Below are positions 38,050 to 38,245 of a stretch of DNA of 38,245 nucleotides, piece after piece. The stretch is from Chlamydiota bacterium. GTDB taxonomy: Bacteria > Chlamydiota > Chlamydiia > Chlamydiales > SM23-39. The stretch spans positions 1-38,245 of the forward strand of contig JASFVE010000007.1 of assembly GCA_050049995.1 (NCBI GenBank), written 5' to 3'. A program made the translations under genes and the position numbers. Within the stretch, counting starts at the first letter, position 1. Each line of letters begins with the position of its first letter. The notes under the pieces were generated by a model. That model did not search any database. It was not told where the DNA came from and saw only the letters and a program-made list of their open reading frames with translations.

Positions 38050-38050
38050 G

Positions 38051-38245
38051 TCAACGAATTTCAAAATCCTGTAATATGATTTCTTTTAGATATTCATAAT
38101 CTAGCTCTTGCATATTAGCCCATCTAAAAAAGGGTTCTTTTCTAAACCATGTAAATTGCTTTTTAGCATAATTTCTAGAGACTTTTTTAAACTCTTCTAG
38201 AAATAACTCAAAATCATCTTTAGTTTGGCTGGTTTTTAAAAACTT
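38051..38245 (-). CDS. miaA: tRNA dimethylallyltransferase, C-terminal fragment (not in the ORF track)
   Basis: Manual translation: KFLKTSQTKDDFELFLEEFKKVSRNYAKKQFTWFRKEPFFRW...DFEIR*. SRNYAKKQFTWFR matches the MiaA motif TRxYAKRQxTWFR. Confidence 0.85.
   Translation of the reverse strand, partial: KFLKTSQTKDDFELFLEEFKKVSRNYAKKQFTWFRKEPFFRWANMQELDYEYLKEIILQDFEIR

Overview
AT-rich chromosomal segment from a member of the phylum Chlamydiota, most likely an environmental, non-Chlamydiaceae lineage. This is inferred from gene neighbourhoods I recall from Chlamydia (M16C peptidase-htrA, sucCD-ftsY, hypothetical-priA, lysS-cysS, rsfS-fabF-Nudix, aroA-K-C-B-DE, miaA) plus nadD and Lpg1974/MOMP-like porins. 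Most of the window is housekeeping: proteases, TCA cycle, SRP receptor, replication restart, shikimate pathway, tRNA synthetases, and lipid and cofactor metabolism. Lineage-specific genes sit between these blocks: a coiled-coil orphan, a tandem duplicated effector-like gene whose second copy is frameshifted at an A8 tract, an F-box-like/33-aa helical-repeat protein, two small basic ORFs, two GT2 glycosyltransferases and three tandem beta-barrel porins. The best leads are a possible HolD(psi)/UDG-fold protein overlapping priA, the F-box-like repeat effector, the duplicated gene pair, and an Aas-like protein with a built-in ACP. I saw no tRNA, rRNA, CRISPR array or mobile element. All family calls come from reading motifs; no searches were run.
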